Below are positions 41,512 to 55,602 of a DNA stretch of 64,000 nt, one piece after another. The stretch is taken from NCBI GenBank assembly GCA_964016885.1, contig OZ024747.1:51894001-51958000 (forward strand), read 5' to 3'. The translations under genes were made by a program, and so were the position numbers. Source of the DNA: Eledone cirrhosa. Lineage: Eukaryota. The notes beneath the pieces are model-generated. The model did no database searches, was not told where the DNA came from, and was given only the letters and a program-made list of their open reading frames with translations. Position 1 is the stretch's first letter. Each line of letters opens with the position of its first letter.

Positions 41512-41610
41512 CCCTCTTCCTGCTATATCAAGCGTTAACCTAATATACCCCTTCCATATACTGTACCGATGTGTTGTTACTTCTGTTTACCTTTTACATA
41601 AACACACACG

Positions 41611-41700
<90 letters not shown>

Positions 41701-41711
41701 ATATTAATAAT

Positions 41712-41945
41712 AATAGTAATAATAATAAATTTGAAGACTAAAATCCAAAGAGGGCTCGATAAGGATAAATATATATCAAATATATAAGAACCGTAGAGCA
41801 AATATTTATTAAAATAACAGATTAAAATTTAAGCAAAGAATCGCTGCTTTCACCCTTAACGGGATCTCCTGAAACAGTTTCAGAAGATCCCGTTAAGGGT
41901 GAAAGCAGCGATTCTTTGCTTAAACTTTAATCTGATATTTTAATT
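41712..41945. mobile_element. Fold-back element (palindrome about 41810-41942 plus tail); relative at 8450-8590
   Basis: Arms around ctgaaacagtttcag; same tail and inverted segment at 8.5 kb. Confidence 0.75.
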
Positions 41946-41950
41946 TAAAA

Positions 41951-42004
<54 letters not shown>

Positions 42005-42516
42005 TTTCAACAATGTCAGTATTCCATGTGTTATAATTCTCGATTATCATTGGTTCATAGGTTTCAAACGACTCCGCCCACCTCAACGACGCCAAACTTA
42101 AATTTATATGCATAATGCCAATGAGGGAGTGAGAGGGGAGAGTAAGAAACAGAGAGGCAAAGTGAACGCTGTAACTATTACCATGTGTGCGTGTGTATGT
42201 ACGTGCAAGTATGTTTATGTGTGTGTGTGTGCGTGCAGCGTTCCACAGAAAGTAAAAACTATCAACATGTGTGAGTATGTGCGTGTGTGTAAGTGCACGG
42301 GTGCGTGTGTAAGTTTGCGTGCGTGTGCGCGTTTCTATGCGTGTATGTGTGTGTACGTGAGGCGTTCCACAATCGCCGCGCAGTTTATCTGTCTGTGTGC
42401 CTGTCTGTCAGTCTAAAATACACAGAGTTGTGAAAGGGAGTAAATAGGGACCTTTTTTTACATTAACAGACACCTTTAACATATATTATTGTGTCATTTT
42501 TTGACAATTCCTCGAA

Positions 42517-42765
42517 ATGAATACAGATAATGAAAGCAATTCGACTTTATCAAACAGTGAATTACAGCGGTGACGGCGTGCAGCCAGGAATGAAGAAAAA
42601 CGGGCCGAACAGCGCCATAGGAACGCCGAACTTCAGAAGCGAAGACGTGCCGCCATGAATGAAGAGGAGCTGGCTGAACAACGCCAACGAAACACTGGAG
42701 CCAAGCAGCGACGGCGTGCTGCGTTGGTTGAAGACGAACTGGCTGAGCATCATCTGTTATATTAA
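42517..42765 (+). pseudogene. Fragment encoding 23-aa charged repeats (STPR-like)
   Basis: MNTDNESNSTLSNSELQR*RRAARNEEKRAEQRHRNAELQKRRRAAMNEEELAEQRQRNTGAKQRRRAALVEDELAEH. Confidence 0.55.
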
Positions 42766-42768
42766 TTA

Positions 42769-43126
42769 TCTATATCTATATCTACATATAATATAAAAGA
42801 TTGAAACTTCCATCATCCTTTTGAGAAACGTGGAACAACTACATCTATGCAATGATACACGTTTTACAGTCAGGCAGAAGATGAACGATCTCCTAGAGGT
42901 CACTATTCTAGGTGGTGCACCTACAATTGTTCATATACTATGCACAAACGGTACAACGAAGAATCTGGTATAACTGGAAGATTTTTTTTACTGTTTTCTG
43001 TATCACACAGACACCACGGACTCGCCTCATACTGTAACCAGACAAACATCCAATTCAGTCATTTTCTCTTTTACCCTGTCTTCTCTTATCATCTGTTTAC
43101 CCGGGCGAAGCTGGGTACGTCAGCTA

Positions 43127-43127
<1 letters not shown>
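42769..43127 (+). mobile_element. Non-autonomous Helitron
   Basis: 5' TCTATAT..ATAATAAAAG; 3' hairpin acccgggcgaagctgggt then cagCTAG|T. Confidence 0.8.
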
Positions 43128-43189
<62 letters not shown>

Positions 43190-43464
43190 CATATACAAAT
43201 AGAGAGAGAGGGGGTGCGAGAGATGCTTTTCTGTATATATATACACTCATAAACACATACATACATACACACATATATATATATATACATGCACACATAT
43301 ACACCTGCATATACATGCACATGGACATACATACGTGCATGCATACATACATACTTACATACATACGTGCGTACATACATACATAAGTACGTACCTACAT
43401 ACATACATACATACATACGTGCATACGTACGTACATACATACATATACATACATACATACATAC

Positions 43465-44072
43465 ATGGTGGCTGCCAACTCTTTTTCGAGTACGGCCACT
43501 ACTTTATATCCATGTAGGAGAACCCCTACCGATGCGCTGAACGAGTGTGACTTTTTAGTCCAGCCAGCGACTTGAAAACTCTGGTACAAACACTACACCT
43601 GTGACAATTATTGACACATAGTGCTGCGCCCATGGTACCATGTGACGACAAGTGCAGAGAGATCTCCAGATATAAAGCAATGCCTGTGCCGTGAAGCTTT
43701 TATAGTGAGCAAAGGCACTGCACAAAGCCAGTCCCACTCTCTTAACCAAGATGATATTTACCATAAAGAAGAACAAGTCAACATCATTGGATACCATCAG
43801 GGTTGCAGGCGTTATATCAGAGTTTTCCTTCTCCTAGAATTCTGCCTTGACAAAGGCTAAGGGGTCATCTCTCCCGGTGATTTTGGATGGCCATTGACTC
43901 TTAAGAGCTCCTTTGCCCTTTGACAGGTTTTGTTTTTAGTCCTGCAGGATGTCCAAAGTCACCCTCCTCACCAAGAAACCTTGGTGGGTTTGCCAGTTTA
44001 GTCGCCAACGACCCGACCATGAGACAGGTTGTACTGGGATACATGTTACCGGTAGCACCAACTGGTGACCTG
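43465..44072 (-). mobile_element. RTE-related non-autonomous element between (CATA)n tracts
   Basis: Terminus gcagccaccatgtatgt matches the terminus of the RTE fragment at 44160; non-coding body. Confidence 0.6.
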
Positions 44073-44159
44073 ACATACATACATACATACATACATACAT
44101 ACATACATACATACATACATACATACATACATACATACATACATACATACATACATACA

Positions 44160-44895
44160 TGATGGCTGCAAACTCACGCTAAGTATATTGCAATCGCTTG
44201 TCAGATGTGTGAGACGCGGTTAAGATTTTTTAAGCATGCTAGAGACTTGCACTCATTTGTACATTGACGACAACTATGGATCTCCCTAGCCTCAGGTCTT
44301 GCACCAGGCTGACTGTGAACCTTCACAATACCGTGTAGATCAGAGTGGTTCTCTTTGAACATGGCTTCGACTGTGACTCCTAAGACTTGATTTGCTCAAG
44401 CAAATCTTTCCACACTCCGGGCACACCAATTTAATGTAGACACCGTTTGTTTCGAGAGATACACAAGGTCATTACTTACGCACATCCCGTTTGATCTGTT
44501 CATGCTCTATGCGTCTGTCCTCAAAATCATGGACTCCATCATTCACCATTCCACGCCAAGTTTCTCTTTCAAGAACATCTATCTCCCAGAGAGCCCCTAT
44601 CAAACCAGTTTTTTTTTATTAAGTCCTTTACACAATCTTTGTATCGGAGATTTGGTTTGTGAGATGGTGTCTTACCTTTACAAAGCTCGCCATACAAAAG
44701 TTGTTTTGGGACTCGATCGTCCTCCATTCTGCAGAGGTGTCCGGTTCATCGCAAACGCCGTTGGTGGATGATATTCTCAATGCTTCAACACTCACTTCTC
44801 TCAAGGTCCTCAACACCCCTGACATGCATTTGCCATTTGATACCGAGCATCTTTCTGAGACACTGCTGGTGAAATCATTCCAGTCTTTCATAGAT
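44160..44895 (-). mobile_element. RTE-clade LINE 3' fragment with C-terminal C2H2-like motif and (ATGT)n tail
   Basis: WEIDVLERETWRGMVNDGVHDFEDRRIEHEQIKR and CGKICLSKSSLRSHSRSH in broken frames. Confidence 0.7.
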
Positions 44896-45169
44896 ACATG
44901 CATACATACATACAGATATGCATCTATCGTTGCTGTCCGGTATACAACAGATACTTAGTCCGATTCATGCCTGCGTTTCTGTCTATCTTTTCCAATCTTA
45001 CGTCACGTACTTAAATGAATTATTTAAGTTTATCATACTGTGTGTTTAAATGATTTTACATGTATATATATGTACATATATATACATGTATACACACTTA
45101 TACAGACATTTATACTCGCACACAAACAGACACACACACACACACACACATAAACACGCGCGCACGATT

Positions 45170-45203
<34 letters not shown>

Positions 45204-45207
45204 ATAT

Positions 45208-45628
45208 CTAGGGCGGGCAAAATTCCCGAGATCCATGGACGAGTTCACTCCAGCGGTCTCTGTCCCTCATTATCGCTGCCATGTCCTGCGTCTCCAAGAG
45301 ACCAGTGTCTTTCCTTAGGGCATCAACATATGTCAACCTCAGTCTCCCTCTTCCAGTGTGTCCATGTAGGGGCTCCCACAAGAGCACTGAGTGCAGTGTG
45401 AACTCTGGATGTCGGTGAGCATGTCCAGCTAACCTCAGTCTCCTTTGTGTCACTTTTGAGCTGATTTTGGGGAGGTTCCTCTACAGCTCTGAGTTTTTCA
45501 TCCTCAGTGTATACTGATTAATGTTCAGAGCCATCCTCAGCATTCTCGTGTAGCACCCATCCACCATCTGAGTGAGTTTCTTAGTCAGTGTCCAAGTCTC
45601 AGACCCGTACAGCAGCACAGACTCCACT
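45208..45628 (-). mobile_element. RTE-clade LINE 3' fragment
   Basis: VESVLLYGSETWTLTK..DGCYTRMLRMALNI; RRLRLAGHAHRH..GRGR..DRDRW. Confidence 0.85.
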
Positions 45629-46618
45629 ACATATATATATATAATGCTGTCTCTCTGTCTGTCTGTCTGTCTGTCTGTCTGTTCCTATGCATTCTCTAAC
45701 GGCTGGACCAAATCAAATCAAATTTTACAAGGTAATAGTATTAGACCCCGGGAGTGTCAATATGTAATTTTTATTTTCACTTGGAGTAAAAAAAATATAT
45801 ATATATTTTATCTAAAATAACATTTCTATAGTGAACTATAGTAAACCATCATCACGGCGACGACGAGTCACATTTTGTATATGAGTGTATATGTTTCTGT
45901 GAGTGTGTGTGTGTTTGCGAGTTCGTTACTACATAAGTTGCATACACATTAACTTCACACACAGACAATTAAACACACACACATCTAGACATACAGATAC
46001 ATATGTGATGACAGACAGATGTGCGTGAATGTATGTCTGTGTGTGTCTGTCTTAGTGTCTGTATGTGAGTGTATGTATGTGAGTGAATGTATGTGAGTGT
46101 ATGTATGTGAGTGTATGTGAAAGTGTATGTGTGTGTGAGTGTATATGAAAGTGTATGTGTGAGTGAATGTGTGAGTGTATGTGTGTGTGTGTGTGTGAGT
46201 GTATGTGTGATATTTTTATTTTCATTTGCATTAAAACAATAGAAAACAACACACCGATGTCACATTTTGTATATGAATATGTATGTGTCTGTGAGTGTGT
46301 GTGTGTCTGCGTGAATGTATGCCTGTGTGTATATGTCTTAGTATATGTATATGAGAGTGTATGTGTGTGCTTGCGTAGCAAAAATTTATTCATTTGGACA
46401 CCAACAAAAAATTACACAATGAATATTGTTTACCCTAAGGTGCTTCAAGATTGACAGATTTTCATTTCTAAATTCTATTATCATTACAATTTTGATATTT
46501 TTTAATAAAACATATATATTTTGAAATAATTAGGGGAAAAAAAGTTATCTTCGTATTTATTGTTTACTAATCTGAATAAGAACAGCAGTAACCCGGGCGA
46601 GCCGGGTAATTCAGCTAG
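45629..46618 (+). mobile_element. Non-autonomous Helitron
   Basis: 5' region with (CTGT)n; 3' hairpin acccgggcgagccgggt then cagCTAG|T. Confidence 0.8.
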
Positions 46619-46634
46619 TATATATATATATATA

Positions 46635-46812
46635 ATTGTTTCTACTTTTGGCACAAGGCCAGCAAATATCGCAGTGTATTACTGCTACTTTATTTTATCG
46701 ACCCTGTAAGGACGAAAGGCAAAGTTAACCTCGGCGGGATTTGAGCTCAGACCATAAAAGGCCGTAACTCTTTGCTACAAAGCATGGCGTCCGACCCTCT
46801 ACCGATACTGCT
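46635..46812 (-). mobile_element. OR-like SINE
   Basis: Consensus match. Confidence 0.85.
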
Positions 46813-47018
46813 TGAGAGATAGAAGGAAGAAAGGAAGAAAGTATGGGACAAGTAATGTTAAACGTGACCTATTGTGTGTGTCCTTTTATATGTATTAGAA
46901 AAGAAGTTTAGATGGATGTACTTTTAATTCTAAATAAATTATTTGTGTTGTATTGTTGTTGTTATTTTTGTTGCTCTCGTTTTTACTACTGCTGCTGCTA
47001 ATGCTACTACTACTACTG

Positions 47019-47065
<47 letters not shown>

Positions 47066-47070
47066 ACTAG

Positions 47071-47131
<61 letters not shown>

Positions 47132-47183
47132 ACTGCTAGTACTGCTGCTACTCCTGCTGCTGCTAGTACTATTATTATTATTA

Positions 47184-47214
<31 letters not shown>

Positions 47215-47775
47215 CATTATTAGTATTTCTACTTTAAATAAAAACTGGTTTTATTTACATTATTTATGTCAGAAGTATCTCTTTCACTTTTCTTTATTTA
47301 TTTATTATTTTTATTTTAGAATATCTTTTAAGATATTGTATTACATTCTCGGATCAGGCTTGATCTTGCGCACATATAATTAAAGGTATTTTATTAGGAA
47401 CCAGTCTATATATCCAGGAATTACGTTTTCCATTCTGCCCCTCTTTGTTTCTTTAAAATAAAATTAAAAGGCAATAAATAGAGTGTGTTGTTGAGACACA
47501 TGTGTAGAGGCTCCCTTGATGTCAAGGTACTTCTCAAGTGGAACATTTTTTTTTTTACTTTGAATTATCTCCTTGGTTACGGATAGGTAATGGTGAGTGG
47601 GCGGTAACAGGTGCGCCATTCACGTGTTCTCTCTCGTCCCTGAACCTTTTCAAATTTTATATCTGTGAACTATGGGCAAAACTAAAAAATAAATAATATC
47701 AAAAATGGGTAATTAAAAAAATGAATGCGCGTGGGTTTGTCGTTAGGGACTAGCGATCATAATATCTTCGATTCA

Positions 47776-47992
47776 GGGCGGTGGATTGGCACAATGGGTA
47801 GAGCGTTGAACAACATGCTTTGCAGCATAATGTTACGGTCCGTTACGGTCTGTGTTCAATCCCGCTGAAGTTACCTTAGCCTTTCATCCTTACGGGGTCG
47901 ATAAAATAAAGTACCAGTAATACACTGGGGTCGATTTAATCGACTAATCCCTTCCCCAAATGGTTGGCCTTGTGTCTAAATCAGAAACCATT
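47776..47992 (+). mobile_element. OR-like SINE, long form
   Basis: Consensus match. Confidence 0.85.
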
Positions 47993-48366
47993 TTGTTTTG
48001 GGTTCGATTCCTGGATCTGACGACGTGTCGTATTCTTCAGTCACGATGATTTATTTCACGTTCTTTCAGACCATTAATATGCCAAAAACACTGACCAGAA
48101 GCTGTAGCTGGGGATTACTCTCTGTAACGGATGGGCTCCCGGCTAGAAAGTCTTTTTTGTGATAGAATGAATCTCCTATCATTATATCAAACAAGAAGCC
48201 TCCTTTTACGTGGAATATTGTATAAGGCCAACTACACCTACCTAGGTGTGTGCTGATCTTTTCCCCAGGCTAAAGGAGTAGTGATTAATTCTACAGTCTG
48301 TTTCCTTACAAAGACTAAAGAACAGCAAATATTACGAAGTATTATATTTAATAACATTTAATAACA

Positions 48367-48556
48367 AGGGCGGTGAATTGGCAGTATCGATTGAGGGTTG
48401 GACGCCATACTTTCTAGCATAGTTACGTCCCTTTACAGTCTGAGTTCAAATCCCGCCGGGGTTAACTTTGTCTTTCATACTTACGGTGTCGATAAAATAA
48501 AGTACCAGTAATGTACTGGGTAATTGCTGGCCTTGTGCCAAAAGTAGAAACAATTA
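48367..48556 (+). mobile_element. OR-like SINE
   Basis: Consensus match. Confidence 0.85.
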
Positions 48557-48636
48557 TTAAACGTATTCTGGGAAGTGGATTAGTAACTTTCTGTAGAGCG
48601 GCGGGTAACATGCTTTGCAGCATAGAATTACGTCCC

Positions 48637-49302
48637 GTTGGCCTGCATTTCAACGGAAACGGGGGTAAAACATAGTACATATCAAACTGTACAGGAAACA
48701 ACATCAAAGCAATCAACGGCAGTAATATCAAGGAAGTCGAGGATTTTAAGTATCTTGGATCCTGGATCATGGACTCTGGGAAGGATTTTGCCACCAGAAA
48801 AGCCCAAATATGGTCAGCTTGCAACAAGATGGATCAAGTTTGGCGCTCAATTCTTTCCAACCACACCAAAATCAGACTCTTCCAAGTAACAATTCAACCA
48901 ATATTACTATATGGAAGTGAAACATGGACGGTTTCTTCCAAACAACAAAAAGCGCCTTGATAGCACTTACAATCGCCTACTTCGACGCATTCAAAACATA
49001 AGATTGAGACATATGACTTTGAATGAAATATATGGTGACCTTCCACTCATATATTTCGCTGTACATAAAAGGAGAGTAAGCTTTGCTGGCTACTGCCATC
49101 GTGCCACTTCTGAGGCTGTGTTCCCATTAGTGCTTTGGAAACCAGAAGCAGTCACTAATAACAGGGGCCGCAAGTTCTCCTATCCCGATGTCATCTCCAG
49201 AGATTCTGGTATTGAACTCCAGCACTTGGCAACGGCAATGAACGACAGATCCATGCGGAGATCAATTGTTGAGTCGATTTCGGCTGAGGCCGCCAGATGA
49301 TG
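48637..49302 (+). mobile_element. 5'-truncated RTE-clade LINE inserted in a SINE (48568-48636 and 49303-49460)
   Basis: EVEDFKYLG, PILLYGSETW, RRVSFAGYCHR, RGR motifs; short (TGA)n tail; flanking direct repeat ACGTCCC. Confidence 0.88.
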
Positions 49303-50144
49303 ACGTCCCTTTACATTATGATTTCAAATCCTGCCGAGGTTAGCTTTGCTTCGCATCCCTACGGGATCGATAAAATAAACTACCAGTAACGCACTGGTGT
49401 CAATTTAATCGACTTTTCCATCTCTCGAATTTGTTGGCCTTGTGTCTAAATCAGAATCCCTTATTAAACGACATAAATGGTGGTAAATTGACAGAATCGT
49501 TTAAAGCTTCTGATAAAATAGTAACATTTCTTCTGGTTCTTTTTAACTTGCGTTCAAATCCAAACGAGGTCAACTTTTCCTATCCAAACTACAACGTTTC
49601 CTGTTAGTATTTCGGAAGTGATAAACTTGAGTATGTAATCAAGTACGGAATGACTCTCTCCTTCCCCCAAACTGCATTGGACTGAATTAGAAACTATACC
49701 AAACCGTATAAACAAAATCAGTTAACACTTCGCAACAATCCGGGCAGAATATGAATTACACCCGAAAACATTCTACCACGACGAAAACACAAATGCTTAA
49801 AATGAAAGACCATTTCGATATACAAGTGTTTGTATATATGTTGTTATAAGAAGATCCAACGGTCGAAATTATTTCCACTGCGTTGTGTGGAATTCTACAT
49901 ACATCTGTAGGATTTAGTGTGAGAAAGTATGTTAGTAGATTGGTCCTTTCAATTATAGGTACGATATATTTACACCGGCTGAATGGAAATGTAACAACAT
50001 GAAATAAAGTGTCTTGCTCAAGACCACAACATTCAACAGATAATCTGACTCCTAACGTGACGTTCGTGAATGAAACAACGAATCGACTAAGTTACACAAC
50101 TTCACACAGAAAGAGAGAGACGGGGGAGAGAGTGAGAGAAAGAG

Positions 50145-50221
<77 letters not shown>

Positions 50222-50852
50222 GTTTGTGTGCTGAAACCAAGGAGACCAATAATCATGTGAGTACTCGATAAATGGGGAGATCTAGAGTAGGTATAGTGAA
50301 AAACCACGACCGCTTGGCGCCGCAGTCGGGATTTCACACCTCTCTCTCGCACTTTCATTCTCTTTCTCTATATCTCTCTCTATATATATATATATGTGTG
50401 TGTGTGTGTATATACGCATCTATATAAATATATCTACATACACACATTCATATACATGTACACACATATAATAATTGATAAAAAATCTCATCTTATATAT
50501 ATATATATATATATATATATAAGATGAGATTTTTTATCAATATATATATATATATATATATGATGAGGGTGGTGGAGGTAGTGGTGGCGGTGATAATATT
50601 ACAAGGCTAACTGAGTATCATGTGAGACCAGCGGACGGCCCTTAATCCCTCTTGCCTTCGGGGCCCAAAAGTTTGGCATCCACAGTAATTATTTAGCAAG
50701 TTTTAATATAAAATATAAACATTAAATTTATTGCCAGTGTATATGGATTTAACATATTTTGAATAGTTTTTTTTTAATCTAACATCTGGTATTGATTTTA
50801 TAGTACTTCACACAAACACACACGAACACGCACAAACACGCATACACACGTG

Positions 50853-50936
<84 letters not shown>

Positions 50937-51077
50937 GTATATATATATATATATGTGTGTGTGTACATATGTATACATATTTGAATGAGCTCCGTGTGAG
51001 CCGGTCTGTGTTTGAGAATGTGCGTGTGTAAGTGTGTGTATAAGTATGTCAAATATTAAAAAAATAGTTTAAATATA

Positions 51078-51120
<43 letters not shown>

Positions 51121-51294
51121 TGTGTGTATGATGTAGGTTAGTATGTAGGTATGTATACACATTCATACATTCGTACACAAGTATAAAAATTGCACTATTA
51201 AAATAGACTAGTGTATGTATGTATGTTTATGTATACAACTAAACAGTGTATGCGTGCACGCGTTCTAATATATATACATATATATTTATATTTA

Positions 51295-51342
<48 letters not shown>

Positions 51343-51363
51343 TATATACATATATATATATAC

Positions 51364-51465
<102 letters not shown>

Positions 51466-51534
51466 GTGTATGTATATATATATATAGAGAGAGAGAGAGA
51501 TAAACACACACACATATATATATACATATATATA

Positions 51535-51613
<79 letters not shown>

Positions 51614-52263
51614 GTATGTATGTATGTATGTATATATGTGTGTATGTATGTAAATGAGTATACAGTAATATATGTATTATATTCAATATGGTAAACAAAA
51701 GGTGTCCTAATGTTTGTGAAATTTTAACAAAATCATGTTATCTGTTAACCTAGATTTTATTTTCTTTGTTGTTAAACTTGGCTGACGTGTCTCTTCCCAC
51801 TGAATTATATATTTACATCTCTATATAATTTTCTATGTATCTGTATAGTTATTTGAAAGTGTATATACTTATATATATGTATGGATCTATATGTACATTT
51901 ATGTATATGTGCATTTATAGATATATGTTTTATATATATATACGTATATTCCAATATTTGTATACAGGACCACGACGAATACAAACAGAGAATAGAAAAT
52001 ACAGGATGGATTTGATTCGGGGCTGGTTTGCTTATTAGTTGTTATTGTAAGGTCAAACCATAAATTTTCCAGTCCGGCCTTCTGTTGATTATAATGAATA
52101 TTTCACTCCGTTCCTGTACATACCACGGGTTCCTACATCTACGATGGATGATCTGCATAACGTCGAATGCTTTAATTCATTGTATCACCATTTACTAACG
52201 GGACTCAACATAACGTAAATGGTATAGGAGAATTCAAAGTTTGAAAAACTCAACAATGCGGAT

Positions 52264-52313
<50 letters not shown>

Positions 52314-52436
52314 GTAGGATGTGAGTTGTATTGTAGCACAATAAAGCATGCAAATATCGGTTAAGTAGCACTCAACAGTTTATAGGACTGGAAAATAAAT
52401 AATGTAAAATCTAAAGATGGTTAAAAGAGTTCCATG

Positions 52437-52507
52437 TATTTTATTATGCGCATTTCAAAAACAAATATCATCATGGGATGATATTTGCGTTCTCATCAGA
52501 TAAAATA
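52437..52507 (-). ncRNA. Type-I hammerhead ribozyme with well-formed stems
   Basis: TATTTTAT CTGATGA GAAcGCAAATATCATC ccat GATGATATTTGT TTTt GAAA TGCGCA TA^ATAAAATA. Confidence 0.9.
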
Positions 52508-52941
52508 GGGAGACATGATATGAAGCTTAAAAAACACTTGCGAGCAGTGAAGTGTTAAATCAAACTGTTTGTCCCTAGCGTCACCAAAACTCTACAATTC
52601 ATAGTACTGCTCATACAGAGACATCACCTGGTAGCCATTCTTTACTTCAACGACTGGATACGCATTCCATCTGTCCAGTTTTATTCAAAAGTTTTAGTTG
52701 ATTCGAGTTTGTTTTTCGTTTTTTTTTTTCTTTTTTAGTGTTTAGACAGGAAAGAATCCAAGCGGCAAATTGTTAAAACGTCTGTTAGTAAGCTTTGGGG
52801 TATTCGTTCCGGCTCGCTGGGCTCTGAGTTTAAAACCTGGCGACGTCGCCTTTGTTTACCATCCTTTCGAGGTCAACGGAATAAAAGTCCAGTACTGGAG
52901 TTGATTCATCCTCTCTGTATTATATCTTTCACACATCCACC

Positions 52942-53023
<82 letters not shown>

Positions 53024-53364
53024 GTCTCTGGAAGATACCTACCGTGTTCAGACCGAGAGAGAGATGGGCTCAGCAGGGCAAAAATGCCAAAGACACTTTG
53101 TCATGACCCCATCTAGAAGTATGTATATATGTTCATACATACATCTACAAACTTTACACCAGAGTTGATTCCAATAAAATCATCCAAGGACCCGCATGCA
53201 GATGTTTTAACGAAAAAACTATTTTACCTAATAAAAAATGTTTTGAATTCCAAAACAGAGAAAGGAAGCTTTGCTAGCATAAATTTGTTATGCATATTAA
53301 AAAGAATCCTTTCATATATATATATACCAGCTGCGCTTTTCAAAACCTTCCATCTCATTATTTT

Positions 53365-53419
<55 letters not shown>

Positions 53420-53421
53420 TA

Positions 53422-53505
<84 letters not shown>

Positions 53506-53599
53506 CGCACACACTTATATATACGTATATATATATGCGTGTGTGTGATTAAGCGTAACCACTCTGCCACACCTGAATCCATTCAACAGTCATAATCAT

Positions 53600-54047
53600 T
53601 ACTAATACAATGCCAGCAATTTGGGTAAAGCAAAATATCAATAATATCGATCCCTGTACTTATCTGGTACTACATTTTTCGACCCCCCCCCTCCTCCCTC
53701 TCACAAAGATATAATACCGAAATGATAGGCAAAGTTGACCACGGTGGGACTTGAACAGAGAATGTAATGTACCTTAATTAAATGTTTGACAGTTCTGCCA
53801 ATCTACCATCTTCATCTAACCTTAATAATCATTTCTACTATACGCACAAGGCCAGCAATTTGAGGAGAGGGGAAAGTCGATTAAATCGACACCAGTGCAT
53901 TATTGGTGCTTTAATTCATCGACCCCGTATGGATGAAAGGCAAAGCTCACTTCGGCCGGATTTGAACTCAGAACGTAAAGGGCCGTAACTCTATGTCGTA
54001 AAGCATGGGTTTTCGATGCTATACCGATACTGCCAATTCACCGCCCT
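53600..54047 (-). mobile_element. Two OR-like SINEs (older 53600-53810; 53830-54047)
   Basis: Reverse-complement consensus matches. Confidence 0.75.
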
Positions 54048-54371
54048 TCTAATCTTAATTATAACAACAACAATAACATAGATATGAAATATCAATAAAC
54101 ACCAATAAAACAAAATATTAAAATATCAATATACACCAATAAAATAAAATATAAAAACACACGTCATGGTTGCTTGGACTGGAGATATGTTATATTTAGA
54201 AATACGTGACAAGCTTCGGTGAGAAGACCGTATCCCATATCAGGTAAATAACTGAATTCAGATACTGCATGACACATTAGGGTGTTATCACATGTCGGTA
54301 AAATATCAGATATGTTAGTTAAACAACTTGGCAATCGAAATGTTTGTATGTTGTTTCTTTCCATTATATAT

Positions 54372-54492
54372 GATCTGAGTTCAAATCCCGCCGAGATTAA
54401 ACTTTGCCTTTCATCCTTACGGGGTCGATAAAATAAAGTACCAGTAATGCACTGGGATAATTGCTGGCCTTGTGCCTAAAGTAGAAACAATT
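54372..54492 (+). mobile_element. 5'-truncated OR-like SINE
   Basis: B box to tail. Confidence 0.85.
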
Positions 54493-55415
54493 ATGATGAT
54501 GAAAAGACGAAAACATTTTATTCTTTTCTATCTACAAATGGTTGATCTTCGTTATTTGGCAACGTTTCTTAGCAATGAACATACGAACAGCCGAACTGTT
54601 ACAAATTATTTCAAGAAAACGAGGTTTTATGCTAGGCAAAGTATGGCCCGCTTGTCTTTCAGGAGTGCACCCCTAACGAAAAATTACATTGAAGTTATTT
54701 TGTAGTGTGGTCCGACTAATGATGATTATCACATATCGGATGACGTGCGGCCAATTAATGCGGCTAACTGCTTGAAAACGGTTGTATATGCCTATAAAAT
54801 GTATAGTAAATTGTCTACCGAATACTGCGCCATTGGATCAATATTATGACCTGTCGGCCTACTTGCTGAATTGATTTGTAATGTAAACATAAGACCAGCA
54901 AATTTAAGAGAGCAAAGTTGAGTAAATCAACCCCAATACTACTTGAACTCAGAATCTAAAGATCCAGAACAAATACCTGAATGACATTTTGCCCAATGCT
55001 CTACCAATTCTGCCAATCCACCATCCTTGGTCCACTTGTTAGATTAACGTGTAAATTGCTCAGTATTAAACAGACATATCGTAACGTACTTGTTAAGGAG
55101 ATTCAGGATGACATAATGACTAAATTGATCCTTTCACAGGTAGAGTCCATCTGGTGGGATACCACATAATTTCAGTTTAACAATATAATATATATTAGGA
55201 GCCTTCCACGTCGACTGTGTATCGGAGGGCTATAGGGTTCCGACATGTACATGTGTTTAAGGCTTGCAAGCATTTGTATATATCTATAAACACTCACATA
55301 CACTCACTCACACACCTACACATACATAAAGAGTAAAACGAGGAATATATACATACATAGAGGCAGTGGTTGTAAAACGAAACAACACACATATATACAC
55401 AGACACACACCCCAC

Positions 55416-55472
<57 letters not shown>

Positions 55473-55602
55473 AGCAAAGAGATATTTCATTTGCTGGTAA
55501 TTCAACAAATTTATTTATTATAACAGATTCGAAGCACTCAACAAGTTTCCTGGAGTATCAATGATATTAATAAATGGAAACTATATTTATAAAACCATAT
55601 TT

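Noticed and set aside
41878-41915. HHR-like CAGAAGA tCCC gttaa GGGt GAAA
   Set aside because: Core mismatch and no convincing stem III or NUH site
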